A stretch of DNA of 64,000 bases from Escherichia phage A4, in sequence record ON286972; one strand, given 5' to 3'. The translations under genes were made by a program, and so were the position numbers. Each line of letters begins with the position of its first letter. The stretch's first letter is position 1. Of the stretch, positions 29,413-38,779 are shown in pieces. The notes under the pieces are model-generated. The model worked only from the letters and a program-made list of their open reading frames with translations, ran no database searches and was not told the origin of the DNA.

Positions 29413-29550
29413 ATGGCTAAGAAATCTAAAGTAAACAACTTTGTTGCAAAGCACTGTAATGAGTTTAATAAGGCTCAAGTGCACGTGGACCGCAAGAAAG
29501 CTGCAAAAAATGGAAAAATTAAACACCAGTCGAGATTTTATCTCGACTAA
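29413..29550 (+). CDS. small Lys-rich basic protein (45 aa), not in ORF track
   Basis: ATG 29413 five nt after GGAG; translates MAKKSKVNNFVAKHCNEFNKAQVHVDRKKAAKNGKIKHQSRFYLD; hairpin plus T7 at its stop. Confidence 0.45.
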   Translation: MAKKSKVNNFVAKHCNEFNKAQVHVDRKKAAKNGKIKHQSRFYLD

Positions 29551-29557
29551 TTTTTTT
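29529..29557 (+). terminator. rho-independent terminator
   Basis: Hairpin GTCGAGA-tttta-TCTCGAC followed by TAA and T7. Confidence 0.55.
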
Positions 29558-29567
29558 GAGGTAAAAT

Positions 29568-30214
29568 ATGGTATTCAATTTTGGAATAAATGATTCTAAT
29601 GGTGATTCTTCAAGAAAACATAAAGATAACAATATCTATAATTCATGGTATAATATGTTAAAACGATGCTATTCACCATCATTTCACAAAATTGAACCAT
29701 CGTATATTGATATAACCGTTTGTGATGATTGGAAACATTATTCTAATTACAAACAATGGTTCAAGGAAAATTACATACAAGGATATGAAATTGACAAAGA
29801 TATAGCACATGGATATTCAAAAATATATTCACCAAGAACTTGTTTTTTTGTTCCCAAATTAATTAACAATTGTATTTTAGAAGGTACGAAAAAATATCAA
29901 AATATCCCATTGGTGTATCGTATAAAAATAAAAGTTCAAGTATGATTAATGAATACAAAAAACCATATTCTTCACATATTACACGTTATGGTAAACTAAA
30001 AAATAATGGCTATTATCATACACCTGAAGAAGCACATAAAGTTTGGCAAATGTCAAAAAAAGAATATATAGAAGAACTTATAGATATATACAAAAATGAT
30101 GTTTCTATACAAATCATATCAGGTTTACAAAACATAGTTGATATGTTAGATTATGATATACAAAATAATTTAATCACAAAATCGTTAAAATTTAATATAT
30201 GGTGTTCAAAATGA
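29568..30214 (+). pseudogene. homing-endonuclease-associated protein, frameshifted copy
   Basis: ORFs 29568..29945 and 29870..30214 together align to intact paralog 34334..34948; frame changes at an A6 run near 29889-29894. Confidence 0.5.
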
Positions 30215-31050
30215 TGTTCTTAAACTTCAAAGAGTATTCAGTACTTGATCATATCAAGATTCTATCTGAGAATCCTGAAACATTTGGTGCAGTAAAAACA
30301 GCAAATGGAGAATCTTATGATGTTTATAACATTACAGGACATACTGTTTCTGTAAAAAACAATATCCGTCCTTCGACACTAGATATTAATATTCGTAATA
30401 ATGAAACTTATGAAACTTCACTATCATACGAATATGATTCAGATCTTAAGTCTGAAATATTCAACACACCATCAGTCCATTATTACAAGTCAGAAGATAC
30501 AATTCGTTACCGAGATACCACGATTAATGATATAGTTTTTAATCGTAGAATTAATGCCAGTGGTATAGTTTCAGTTCGTAGTACTGATAGATTTGCAAAA
30601 TATACTGTCGAAAATAATGTACGATCATTTGAAACAACTTTCCGTCTAACACAAGGTACAGAAGAAAGCAACATCACACTCCAAGAACGTTTGTCATCAG
30701 ACGGGATTATTATGCGTAGTGTTGCTTTTTTCAGATATAACACCGAAGATGGGCGTCCAGTGATGTGTGATTTGGATATCACTCGTACAGGTGATAAAAC
30801 AATCGCCACTATAACCTCTGGATACCGACATTCGTTTACATTAGAACTGGATGTACCTGATGCATCATTACTTGGTATTTTTGATCCGCTGGCAGCATTT
30901 CAAGCAGAGTTAGTGCTGAACCCTAAGCAGTACGAGATTCTTGATATCTTACGTAAAGGCATAGTTAATAAGTTGAAAACTTACCAACAGTTAGGTGGTA
31001 AGATGAGTATAGTTAATACTATTCTCGAAAATATTGAAAGAGTAAGTTAA
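30199..31050 (+). CDS. hypothetical protein
   Basis: 283-aa ORF rich in T/S/N/R; no motif recognised. Confidence 0.5.
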   Translation: MVFKMMFLNFKEYSVLDHIKILSENPETFGAVKTANGESYDVYNITGHTVSVKNNIRPSTLDINIRNNETYETSLSYEYDSDLKSEIFNTPSVHYYKSEDTIRYRDTTINDIVFNRRINASGIVSVRSTDRFAKYTVENNVRSFETTFRLTQGTEESNITLQERLSSDGIIMRSVAFFRYNTEDGRPVMCDLDITRTGDKTIATITSGYRHSFTLELDVPDASLLGIFDPLAAFQAELVLNPKQYEILDILRKGIVNKLKTYQQLGGKMSIVNTILENIERVS

Positions 31051-31070
31051 TACATGGAGATAGATTTAGT

Positions 31071-31373
31071 ATGGATACTAAATTTGAAATTAAATTCTTG
31101 ACACAACCATATACTCCTAATACTGGGAAACGTTTTATTCCTGAAGGAGCAGTAGAGGTTGTTCACCCTGATGGTACTAAATTGTATTTGAATCCATGTT
31201 CATATGAGCGTGCTGTTGAAATGCTTATCATGAACTGCAAGCACAATACAAAGACAGAGGACAGTAAGTACATCAGTTATCTATATAGCGAGCACATCCT
31301 CGACTTCCAAGACGAGAATATGTTCATTCTTGCAATTCAAGACTTTGAAAATTGGATTGAAAATATTGTCTAA
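31071..31373 (+). CDS. hypothetical protein
   Basis: ORF-track ORF. Confidence 0.45.
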   Translation: MDTKFEIKFLTQPYTPNTGKRFIPEGAVEVVHPDGTKLYLNPCSYERAVEMLIMNCKHNTKTEDSKYISYLYSEHILDFQDENMFILAIQDFENWIENIV

Positions 31374-31439
31374 AATCATCTGGACATATGACAATTCAAT
31401 GATATAATGTTCGCATCTTTTTGATAAACGGAGATAAAG

Positions 31440-31826
31440 ATGAATACAAGTTCTATTCTAAAAGCAATTGGTGGTGTACTTCTCATCGAAGTACAAGGTG
31501 AACCAAAACTATGTTGTTTAGAAGATATGAAACAAACTAAATTCTTTGGTACTGGTCAGATTTTCAATGCAATTCGCGTTTTGAATGATAAAACAGTAGG
31601 TGACTACGGTCGTGCATGGCCTAACTATCGCAATGACGAAGGTGAAATCAGTACTGACTGGAAAACAATTGAAGCTGTTCGTCAGAATTGTGATTCAGAT
31701 TGGGATTTCATTGTTGAAGTGTGTAATCAACTTCAAGAAGAAGTACCAGAGATTGTTGAACGTAAAGAAGTACTATCACAGCTAGAGAAGTTCCGTCACG
31801 GAACACTACAATACGAAGTACTGTAA
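31440..31826 (+). CDS. hypothetical protein
   Basis: ORF-track ORF with GGAG upstream. Confidence 0.5.
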   Translation: MNTSSILKAIGGVLLIEVQGEPKLCCLEDMKQTKFFGTGQIFNAIRVLNDKTVGDYGRAWPNYRNDEGEISTDWKTIEAVRQNCDSDWDFIVEVCNQLQEEVPEIVERKEVLSQLEKFRHGTLQYEVL

Positions 31827-31880
31827 TATCTCCGATTATTAAAACAAACTAATTAAACATTATATAAAAAGGAATTTAAA

Positions 31881-32189
31881 ATGGAAGACAACGGAATGAA
31901 ATTTGATATGTTTGAAGGTGTACCAGAGTTTGATTTCAACAAGCTTGAAAATGGCGAAGAAGCAGAACTCGTAAGTGTTACCTTAAAATCGGATACTAAG
32001 AAGAAATACTCTTCAGCAGTTCGTGCTCGTTCACAAGAAGAATATGAAACGTTCATTGAAAGTATTCATTATGAAACAATGACTCGTGTAGATGGAAGTA
32101 CTTATGAAGTTCGCGTTACAGTACTGAAACCTGAAGTTAATCCTCTTGAGAATTTGAAACCAGTCTACTGCTGGGGAACCTCAAACTAA
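31881..32189 (+). CDS. hypothetical protein
   Basis: ORF-track ORF with AGGAA upstream. Confidence 0.5.
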   Translation: MEDNGMKFDMFEGVPEFDFNKLENGEEAELVSVTLKSDTKKKYSSAVRARSQEEYETFIESIHYETMTRVDGSTYEVRVTVLKPEVNPLENLKPVYCWGTSN

Positions 32190-32202
32190 TACATAATAAA
32201 AA

Positions 32203-32229
32203 AGGTCGGGAATATTCTCGGCCTTTTTG
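32203..32229 (+). terminator. rho-independent terminator
   Basis: GC stem around palindrome GAATATTC followed by T5. Confidence 0.45.
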
Positions 32230-32242
32230 TCTATGAGGCACT

Positions 32243-33082
32243 ATGAAATTAAATTTTATTATCAACTTTAATGTTAAAGAAACCGATCATTACGCATCAG
32301 AAGATGACCGTGTTGCACCAGCTTCGTCTGAATACATCAGAAATGAAAATGTCCATATGCATGAAAATTATTTCGACTTTGGTAATTTTATTATCTACCG
32401 TGGATTTAAGGATGTTGTATTCCGTTCCAGATATGAAGACTTTGAACATGCACTCATTGATGTACCGGATGAATTAGTATTCCAGTTCATGTTACTTGGT
32501 ATTAAAGATTATGACTTTATAGTTTATAACCATTATACTAAGCGTATTATGATTGGTAATGATTCATATGATCTTACTTATTATTCCAGTACTGATGAAG
32601 ATTTAGAAAATATTAAACGCCGTTCTGGTGGTATACGTAATTGTTCATCTTCAAACTCCAGTAGAATGAGTGAAAGGTTTTTTGATTTCAAAAATAGCAA
32701 TAATAACGACTGTGAAGACGCGGACAATACTGAACATGTAATGTTTGAAATTGACCACAATAATGGATATAATGACTTCCTTAACGTTCTGAAGCCTTAT
32801 ATCAATCATAAATTCGTCAAAGATGTAAATCTGGTGGCACGTGACTTACAGTACAGTGATCGTACTGGTGGTATGCCTGTACCAATGGATCGTGTATGTA
32901 CGAACAATACAGTATTCAATGTCCCACGAGAAGATGTTGCATTTGTATTTCTGGCATTTTTGAATTCAGATGCACTATGGGACGATAATGAAAGACAATT
33001 TAGTTCAAGACATATTGAAATAATTCGTCAAAATACATTACTACTGTGGAAGAAATTTACTGAAAATACCCAGGACAAATAA
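32243..33082 (+). CDS. hypothetical protein
   Basis: 279-aa ORF; weak FQxS-like stretch ELVFQFMLLG. Confidence 0.5.
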   Translation: MKLNFIINFNVKETDHYASEDDRVAPASSEYIRNENVHMHENYFDFGNFIIYRGFKDVVFRSRYEDFEHALIDVPDELVFQFMLLGIKDYDFIVYNHYTKRIMIGNDSYDLTYYSSTDEDLENIKRRSGGIRNCSSSNSSRMSERFFDFKNSNNNDCEDADNTEHVMFEIDHNNGYNDFLNVLKPYINHKFVKDVNLVARDLQYSDRTGGMPVPMDRVCTNNTVFNVPREDVAFVFLAFLNSDALWDDNERQFSSRHIEIIRQNTLLLWKKFTENTQDK

Positions 33083-33103
33083 ATTCTTGGTGATATAATG
33101 ATG

Positions 33104-33137
33104 AGTGGCAATATATCTTTGTCACTCTTTTTTTTTT
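33104..33137 (+). terminator. rho-independent terminator
   Basis: Hairpin AGTGGCAA..TTGTCACT (one G-U) followed by T10. Confidence 0.55.
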
Positions 33138-33139
33138 AA

Positions 33140-33776
33140 TCCTGAAAGGTTCCATATGGAAATGATTAAGAGCCTAATCCACTCGAAAATGTAGAGGGTA
33201 GATGAGTAGTCCTTTCAGTACGAACAGCAGATGAAACCCGTCAGATGTGGGCATATTATGAACCCCTCACGGCAATGCGGCTGTATAAAGAACTCCGATA
33301 AGCACACAGAGAGTTCCTAGATAGACATATAAGGATCGCACCTTACCAGATTTGCTAAGGGAGATTTCATTAGAAATTGCGGTCAACTATTTGTACAAGA
33401 TAGTTGCGTCCAAAATTTGGTGAAATCAAATACCAGTACTGTTCATATGGTACTCGTATTATGTGTCGGGATGTTTAAGACCGACGACCGTTGCTACAAG
33501 AACCGCGATAGAGAGAAACAGAGCAACCCGCTTTCGCCTCGTTAAGAGAATTCGTGATATGAAATATGTGAAGACCACCAGCGTCAAATTTTAATTCTTT
33601 CCCCCAGTGGGGGGATGAAATATGCTCTTCCAAACCTCGTCAATATTAATTAAAACCATTTAGTACTATTAGAATTATTCAGAGCGTAGCGATGAATTAA
33701 TTCTACTGATGTTGATTGAGTGCTAACGAAATCAATATCGAGTACATTATTTGATGTTTCCTAAAAAGGAATAATA
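33140..33776. ncRNA. ORF-free, GC-enriched region with multiple stem-loops (candidate structured RNA or element remnant)
   Basis: No ORF of 60 aa or more on either strand across ~640 bp; hairpins such as CCCCC-agt-GGGGG and GTCGG..CCGAC; no tRNA T-loop consensus found. Confidence 0.25.
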
Positions 33777-34319
33777 ATGCCTGTATTTTCAAAGAACAAA
33801 ACAACAGAGATCATTTATAAATCAAAAGAATTTGAAGTACTAGAAGAATTTGATAGAGATTCATTTGATGGATATAAAATAGTAAAAGAAAAAGGAACTA
33901 TCAATCATATTGTTGAGTACATGGGAGGTGTAGAACTAGCAAAAATCACTTGTAGACCTACAAAAAACCCAGTAATTTTTTCTGTTCGCTATGGACATTA
34001 CGGAGAAGAGCGATATAATTCTAATACAGTATCAAGGAAATTCCATGTTGTAGATGGGAAATTAGAAGGGGAATCCAGACAATATAGTGTTCTTGGACTT
34101 CCTTTGTCAGTGAAGTACTTCCATCAAGGACATGATGTTACTATTGAAATTATGGATTTTATTGGGTTCAATGGTACAGTAGATGACTTCAACTTCTATG
34201 TATTAGCAGAAGATGAAGCATTCAATATAATGATGAAGTACGGTTCTAGATTTAAATTTTTATATGAGTACAACCTGGACAGTAAACTGTTCGATAATAT
34301 CTTACAGAACTGTCTATAA
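33777..34319 (+). CDS. hypothetical protein
   Basis: ORF-track ORF after the ORF-free region. Confidence 0.5.
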   Translation: MPVFSKNKTTEIIYKSKEFEVLEEFDRDSFDGYKIVKEKGTINHIVEYMGGVELAKITCRPTKNPVIFSVRYGHYGEERYNSNTVSRKFHVVDGKLEGESRQYSVLGLPLSVKYFHQGHDVTIEIMDFIGFNGTVDDFNFYVLAEDEAFNIMMKYGSRFKFLYEYNLDSKLFDNILQNCL

Positions 34320-34333
34320 TTAAAGGAAAATCA

Positions 34334-34948
34334 GTGATATATAATTTTGGTATTAATGACATTCCTGGCGACTCCATACCATCAAGTTTGGATTATCATA
34401 TATATGATAAATGGACTGGAATAATTAGGCGTTGCTATAGTCTTAAAAGAACTGATAAGAATTTATCATACATAAACACAACAGTTTGTGATGAATGGAA
34501 ATATTATTCCAATTTCAAAAAATGGTTTAAACTTCACTATATTGAGGGATATCAATTAGATAAAGATATAATTGGGGGAGATAAAGATATTTACTCACCT
34601 GAAACGTGTGCCTTTATACCTGGTTTAATTAACAGTTGTATAATTGACGGAAATAGAGGTAATAATTATATTGGTGTGTCGTATTTCAATGATGATAGGT
34701 GTTCCAAAAAATATAGACCTGCAATATGTAAATTTGGAAAACAAATACGAAACTTTGGGTTATTTCACACACCTGAAGAAGCTCATCAAGTATGGCAAAG
34801 GGAGAAAATAAAATATCTATATGAAATCATAGAAAAATACAGTTCTGTTGTCGATTTAAGAGTTATTAATGGAATAAAGCGTAGAATAGATATTTTACAA
34901 TATGATTTAGATAATGGTTTGATAACAGAAACAATAAGTAAAATTTAA
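34334..34948 (+). CDS. homing-endonuclease-associated DNA-binding protein (intact paralog)
   Basis: Motifs W..IIRRCYS, VCDEW, LDKDI..YSPETCAF typical of a phage family usually annotated as HNH/AP2 homing endonuclease; GTG start. Confidence 0.5.
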   Translation: MIYNFGINDIPGDSIPSSLDYHIYDKWTGIIRRCYSLKRTDKNLSYINTTVCDEWKYYSNFKKWFKLHYIEGYQLDKDIIGGDKDIYSPETCAFIPGLINSCIIDGNRGNNYIGVSYFNDDRCSKKYRPAICKFGKQIRNFGLFHTPEEAHQVWQREKIKYLYEIIEKYSSVVDLRVINGIKRRIDILQYDLDNGLITETISKI

Positions 34949-34964
34949 TAATGGAGAAAGTATT

Positions 34965-35486
34965 ATGTCGAAGAAGGATGCTTCGAAAAAACATTCGGTA
35001 CACTTCAGTACTGGAAAAGATAACTGGACTACTCCAAAGGAATTCTTTGAAGATTTGGATGAAGTCTGGGGATTCACACTTGATGCAGCATGTGTTAAAG
35101 AAACTGCATTATGTGACAAGTTTTTTACACCGGAAGATGATAGTCTTTCACAGGATTGGGGAAACAATATCGTCTTTCTTAACCCACCATACAGCGACCT
35201 GAAACCTTGGCTATCTAAGGCAGTTGATGCTTATAATAATGGTGCAACAGTACTGATACTTGTTCCATCACGTACTGATACAATTGCATTTCAGGAATAT
35301 GCATCTAAGCTTTGTGACTGTATTTGTTTTATTAAAGGACGTTTAAAATTTGGCATCCCTGAAGAACCAGATAAAAAGACTGATAGTGCTCCATTCCCTA
35401 GCTGTTTAATAGTACTGGATAAGTACTTAACACCAGCTAAAATCAACTATCTTAAATCTCTCGGTCAGGTGATGAAGAATATATGA
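34965..35486 (+). CDS. DNA N6-adenine methyltransferase (phage Dam-type)
   Basis: Catalytic NPPY motif plus N-terminal FSTGKDNWTTPKEFF signature. Confidence 0.7.
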   Translation: MSKKDASKKHSVHFSTGKDNWTTPKEFFEDLDEVWGFTLDAACVKETALCDKFFTPEDDSLSQDWGNNIVFLNPPYSDLKPWLSKAVDAYNNGATVLILVPSRTDTIAFQEYASKLCDCICFIKGRLKFGIPEEPDKKTDSAPFPSCLIVLDKYLTPAKINYLKSLGQVMKNI

Positions 35487-36022
35487 AAGACACTTGTATA
35501 GTAACGTATGGACGTATAAATCCAGTGCATTTGGGACATGGGTTAATTTTTGATAAAGCCGTATCGATGAAAGAACAATACAATGCTGACTTGAAAATAT
35601 ACCTTAGTACTACACAAGATTGTATTAAGAATCCATTACCACCTGAATTGAAAATGTATTACACTGAGGGTTTCTATCCAAGAATTCAACACAACATCAG
35701 TACTGAAGATAATCTTTTTGATATTATGCAGGAATTGAATGGTAAGTACAGTGATGTTCTTTTCATATGTGGTTCAGACAGGATAGAAAACTTTCAAAAT
35801 GTACTTGACAGATACAATGGAAACTTGTATAATTTTCGTAATATAAAAGCAATCCAAGCTGGTATAGACCGAACCGTTAGCAAGTACAGTTCAACTGAAA
35901 TGCGTTCTTTTGCTAAGCGTGATGATTTTGAAAGCTTCAGTTCTTATCTACCAGGTGATGATAATGACTTGAAAATAAAACTTTTTAAAGATGTAATAAA
36001 ATACATGAGGAAAGAACCATGA
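35483..36022 (+). CDS. NMN adenylyltransferase-like nucleotidyltransferase (NadM type)
   Basis: GRINPVHLGH (HxGH) and SKYSSTEMR (ISSTxxR-like) nucleotidyltransferase motifs. Confidence 0.65.
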   Translation: MKDTCIVTYGRINPVHLGHGLIFDKAVSMKEQYNADLKIYLSTTQDCIKNPLPPELKMYYTEGFYPRIQHNISTEDNLFDIMQELNGKYSDVLFICGSDRIENFQNVLDRYNGNLYNFRNIKAIQAGIDRTVSKYSSTEMRSFAKRDDFESFSSYLPGDDNDLKIKLFKDVIKYMRKEP

Positions 36023-36312
36023 CAGTACTCTTCAAAACTAACCCAGTACTATGGGAACAAAATGAAAGTTCAGGATATCGTAATATCCAAGTAGAATACA
36101 AAGGTAACACTATTGTATCGGTTGTTGCGAACAAAACCCTAGGTGAATGGACATGTCAAGTGGTTCCAATGGGTTATTCATATCGTCTGGATGAAGTTGA
36201 ATTTCTCGCTAATCTTTATTCACAAATGCAGTTCATTATGAACTTCCTTTGTACTGATACTGAACTTACACACGATGATGTAATCAACTTACTGGACAAT
36301 TTACATGTCTGA
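36019..36312 (+). CDS. hypothetical protein
   Basis: ORF-track ORF, ATGA overlap. Confidence 0.45.
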   Translation: MTVLFKTNPVLWEQNESSGYRNIQVEYKGNTIVSVVANKTLGEWTCQVVPMGYSYRLDEVEFLANLYSQMQFIMNFLCTDTELTHDDVINLLDNLHV

Positions 36313-36595
36313 AATAAATGATATCACTTCTATCATATTGGATGAGTGTATTTTAGGATCATACGAAACATTTTCAGTACTAGACGGTATAGAACTATGG
36401 CACATTAAATGCCGTGGTATCAATGGCTTCAGTACTGAATGCAAAAAACTCTTGACTTCGTACAGTACAGAAGGTAAACTGTGTACAGTGAGGTCATCAC
36501 CGAGTCTTTCATATACTGGATATATAATTTATCTTGGAAGTGATCATTTATTCTATCTCACCAAGGAGAACTATTTTGACAAATACAAACAGTAA
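36305..36595 (+). CDS. hypothetical protein
   Basis: ORF-track ORF. Confidence 0.45.
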   Translation: MSEINDITSIILDECILGSYETFSVLDGIELWHIKCRGINGFSTECKKLLTSYSTEGKLCTVRSSPSLSYTGYIIYLGSDHLFYLTKENYFDKYKQ

Positions 36596-37193
36596 TACTT
36601 ATTTTCGTTATCTACGCCTTGGGCTATCCCTTCGTCCAATTCGAGGTAAATGTGATTCTCTTGCTGATTTAGATTATGCATATTCCATTTATGATGATGG
36701 TGTACAGTATGTTCTGGGTGACTTCGGTGAGTTTGAAGAAACCAATGACAGTACTGGTATTATGGACGGCATTGAGAATCTAGATTGCATCGTAAACAGT
36801 TCAAGACATGATGTAATCAAAGAAATTCATAAATTTATTGAAACTAACACAGCAAAAACTACATGGTGTTTAGTAGGTACAGATCCACAAATGGCAATTG
36901 CTTTTGGTAATGAAGATGGATATGTAGCACAACTTATCATGGATTTTGCATCTAAAGAGAAATTTGAAGAATTCAAAGCAAAGATGGTTCAATCACTTCT
37001 TCAGATGGGTATCCCTGAAGATAAGATGCCAGAGATTCAAGATATTGAAGAATTTGTCTTAATTCCTTCAGATGAAAAATATGACGTATTATTCAGTACT
37101 CTGAACATTCCAGGTGTTATCGTTGAAAGCTTTGATGACGATGATGGTGAAATCTACATCGAACTGGATGATGATGACGACGACGATGAATAA
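36534..37193 (+). CDS. hypothetical acidic protein; start uncertain
   Basis: C-terminal poly-Asp/Glu tail DDDDGEIYIELDDDDDDDE; overlaps upstream gene. Confidence 0.45.
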   Translation: MEVIIYSISPRRTILTNTNSNTYFRYLRLGLSLRPIRGKCDSLADLDYAYSIYDDGVQYVLGDFGEFEETNDSTGIMDGIENLDCIVNSSRHDVIKEIHKFIETNTAKTTWCLVGTDPQMAIAFGNEDGYVAQLIMDFASKEKFEEFKAKMVQSLLQMGIPEDKMPEIQDIEEFVLIPSDEKYDVLFSTLNIPGVIVESFDDDDGEIYIELDDDDDDDE

Positions 37194-37198
37194 TAATT

Positions 37199-37226
37199 AT
37201 GCCCGACTTTGTTCGGGCATCTTTTT
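37199..37226 (+). terminator. rho-independent terminator
   Basis: Perfect 8-bp stem ATGCCCGA-ctttgt-TCGGGCAT followed by CTTTTT. Confidence 0.7.
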
Positions 37227-37238
37227 AAGGAAAAGTAA

Positions 37239-37511
37239 ATGGATTATCGAGTACTGAATAGAACATATAAAGCTTTATACAAAACATATATTGAAAGTAA
37301 AGTACATAATCCTATCATTTATAAAAATCCAGTTTATATTATATGGAATGAATATTTTACAATGATTCAAAATTACTTTTACGCTAACGAAATCTTTATA
37401 GATGGTGAAATGCGTAAGCTAACACGCGTTGATAGTATAGGTGGTGAAATTGTGTTATTCTATACTGATTCTATTATTGGACAACAATCTATAAATTTAG
37501 AGATATTATAA
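37239..37511 (+). CDS. hypothetical small protein, YIGK-motif paralog family
   Basis: ~90-aa paralog; MDYRVLNRTYKALY. Confidence 0.5.
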   Translation: MDYRVLNRTYKALYKTYIESKVHNPIIYKNPVYIIWNEYFTMIQNYFYANEIFIDGEMRKLTRVDSIGGEIVLFYTDSIIGQQSINLEIL

Positions 37512-37777
37512 TGAATTATAAGGATTTACATTTCACCTATAAACTAACATTTTATATGTATCGTTACGCTGATAACAACTTCATGGATAATGCATTTTAT
37601 CATCGTTTGTGGAGTGATTATATAAATTCTTTACGTGAACATTTTATAGGTACTATAATTCAATACGAAGGTAAAACAGTAAAAATATTTCAAGTTGATA
37701 GTTACAACGGGGATCTATGCTTCAAGGGTAGAGATTCTAGTGATGGATTACATGAGATTTATATCTATGAATTATAA
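37511..37777 (+). CDS. hypothetical small protein, YIGK-motif paralog family
   Basis: MNYKDLHFTYKL..EHFIGTIIQYEGKTVKIFQVDS. Confidence 0.55.
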   Translation: MNYKDLHFTYKLTFYMYRYADNNFMDNAFYHRLWSDYINSLREHFIGTIIQYEGKTVKIFQVDSYNGDLCFKGRDSSDGLHEIYIYEL

Positions 37778-38042
37778 GGATTTACAATTCACGTACAAAA
37801 TTCTTCATGAACAATATGAACGTGGTGAAGGAATATTAACTTACGATGAACGAGATTTTTTTCTTACATTGTGGTGTGAATATTTGGCAATGATTAACGA
37901 GATTTTTGTTGATAAAGAATATATGATTGACGACATGACTGTACGTATTATCAGAATTAAAAGTTATAATGGAAGTCTTGTTGGAATTTACTATAACAAT
38001 GAAAAGGCGAAAAGCGGATTTGTTGATTTGGAGTACCTATGA
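37767..38042 (+). CDS. hypothetical small protein, YIGK-motif paralog family
   Basis: MNYKDLQFTYKIL; start adjusted to ATG 37767. Confidence 0.5.
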   Translation: MNYKDLQFTYKILHEQYERGEGILTYDERDFFLTLWCEYLAMINEIFVDKEYMIDDMTVRIIRIKSYNGSLVGIYYNNEKAKSGFVDLEYL

Positions 38043-38302
38043 ACTATAATGATTTACAATTCACGTATCAACTTTTATATGATGATATGAATAACGAACT
38101 AGGTTTCTATTATGAAGCACATAATAAAATATGGTCAAATTATCTATCTGAGATACAACATCATTTTATAGGACTTCCAATACGTAGAAATAATAAAAAC
38201 TATCGTTGTACTGATGTAGTAAGTCATAGAGGTAGGTTGCGTTTAGAATTCTACCGCAGAGACGGGGACTTCATTGGTATAAATTTACTGGATTTTAAAT
38301 GA
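38039..38302 (+). CDS. hypothetical small protein, YIGK-motif paralog family
   Basis: MNYNDLQFTYQLL..HHFIGLPI. Confidence 0.55.
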   Translation: MNYNDLQFTYQLLYDDMNNELGFYYEAHNKIWSNYLSEIQHHFIGLPIRRNNKNYRCTDVVSHRGRLRLEFYRRDGDFIGINLLDFK

Positions 38303-38586
38303 TGAAAAACAACTTAAAGGAAATACAAGTATTTTATAGATTCTTATACTTGTCATATGTAACAGATGAGTACTATGAAAGTGTATATTATTTTTTATGG
38401 CAACATTACCGTACTATAGTAAGAGATTTATATATAGGAAAATCTATCATATCCAATGGTGAAAAATGTACCTGTACTGATGTCGTTAGTTTTAATGGTT
38501 CTTTAACACTGTGTTTCATATGCGATAATAATAGTGGGTCATTTTCATTAAACGTATATCAGTTAGAAGGAATAAATTTTGAATAA
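38299..38586 (+). CDS. hypothetical small protein, YIGK-motif paralog family
   Basis: ..DLYIGKSIISNGEKCTCTDVVS. Confidence 0.55.
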   Translation: MMKNNLKEIQVFYRFLYLSYVTDEYYESVYYFLWQHYRTIVRDLYIGKSIISNGEKCTCTDVVSFNGSLTLCFICDNNSGSFSLNVYQLEGINFE

Positions 38587-38779
38587 GTGTCCATATTGTA
38601 ACAGTACTCAATTAGCTCGTTTCCGCTTAGATTCAGACTGGGCCACTGGTGCTGGGGATTTCTTTCCCATCAATGATGATGCGGAATACACTGAAGAACA
38701 GCACAAAGATTTTGATAAATCATGGCGACCAGACATTGAGTGCATTTATTGCCTTAATTGTGAGCGTGTACATGACTAA
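38579..38779 (+). CDS. zinc-ribbon protein
   Basis: Two CxxC pairs (CPYC..CLNC) in 66 aa. Confidence 0.5.
   Translation: MNKCPYCNSTQLARFRLDSDWATGAGDFFPINDDAEYTEEQHKDFDKSWRPDIECIYCLNCERVHD

Noticed and set aside
33140-33776. tRNA cluster or group I/II intron in the ORF-free region
   Set aside because: No GTTCRANYC-type T-loop with matching acceptor stems and no recognisable intron core motifs were found by eye. It is kept only as an unclassified candidate structured region.
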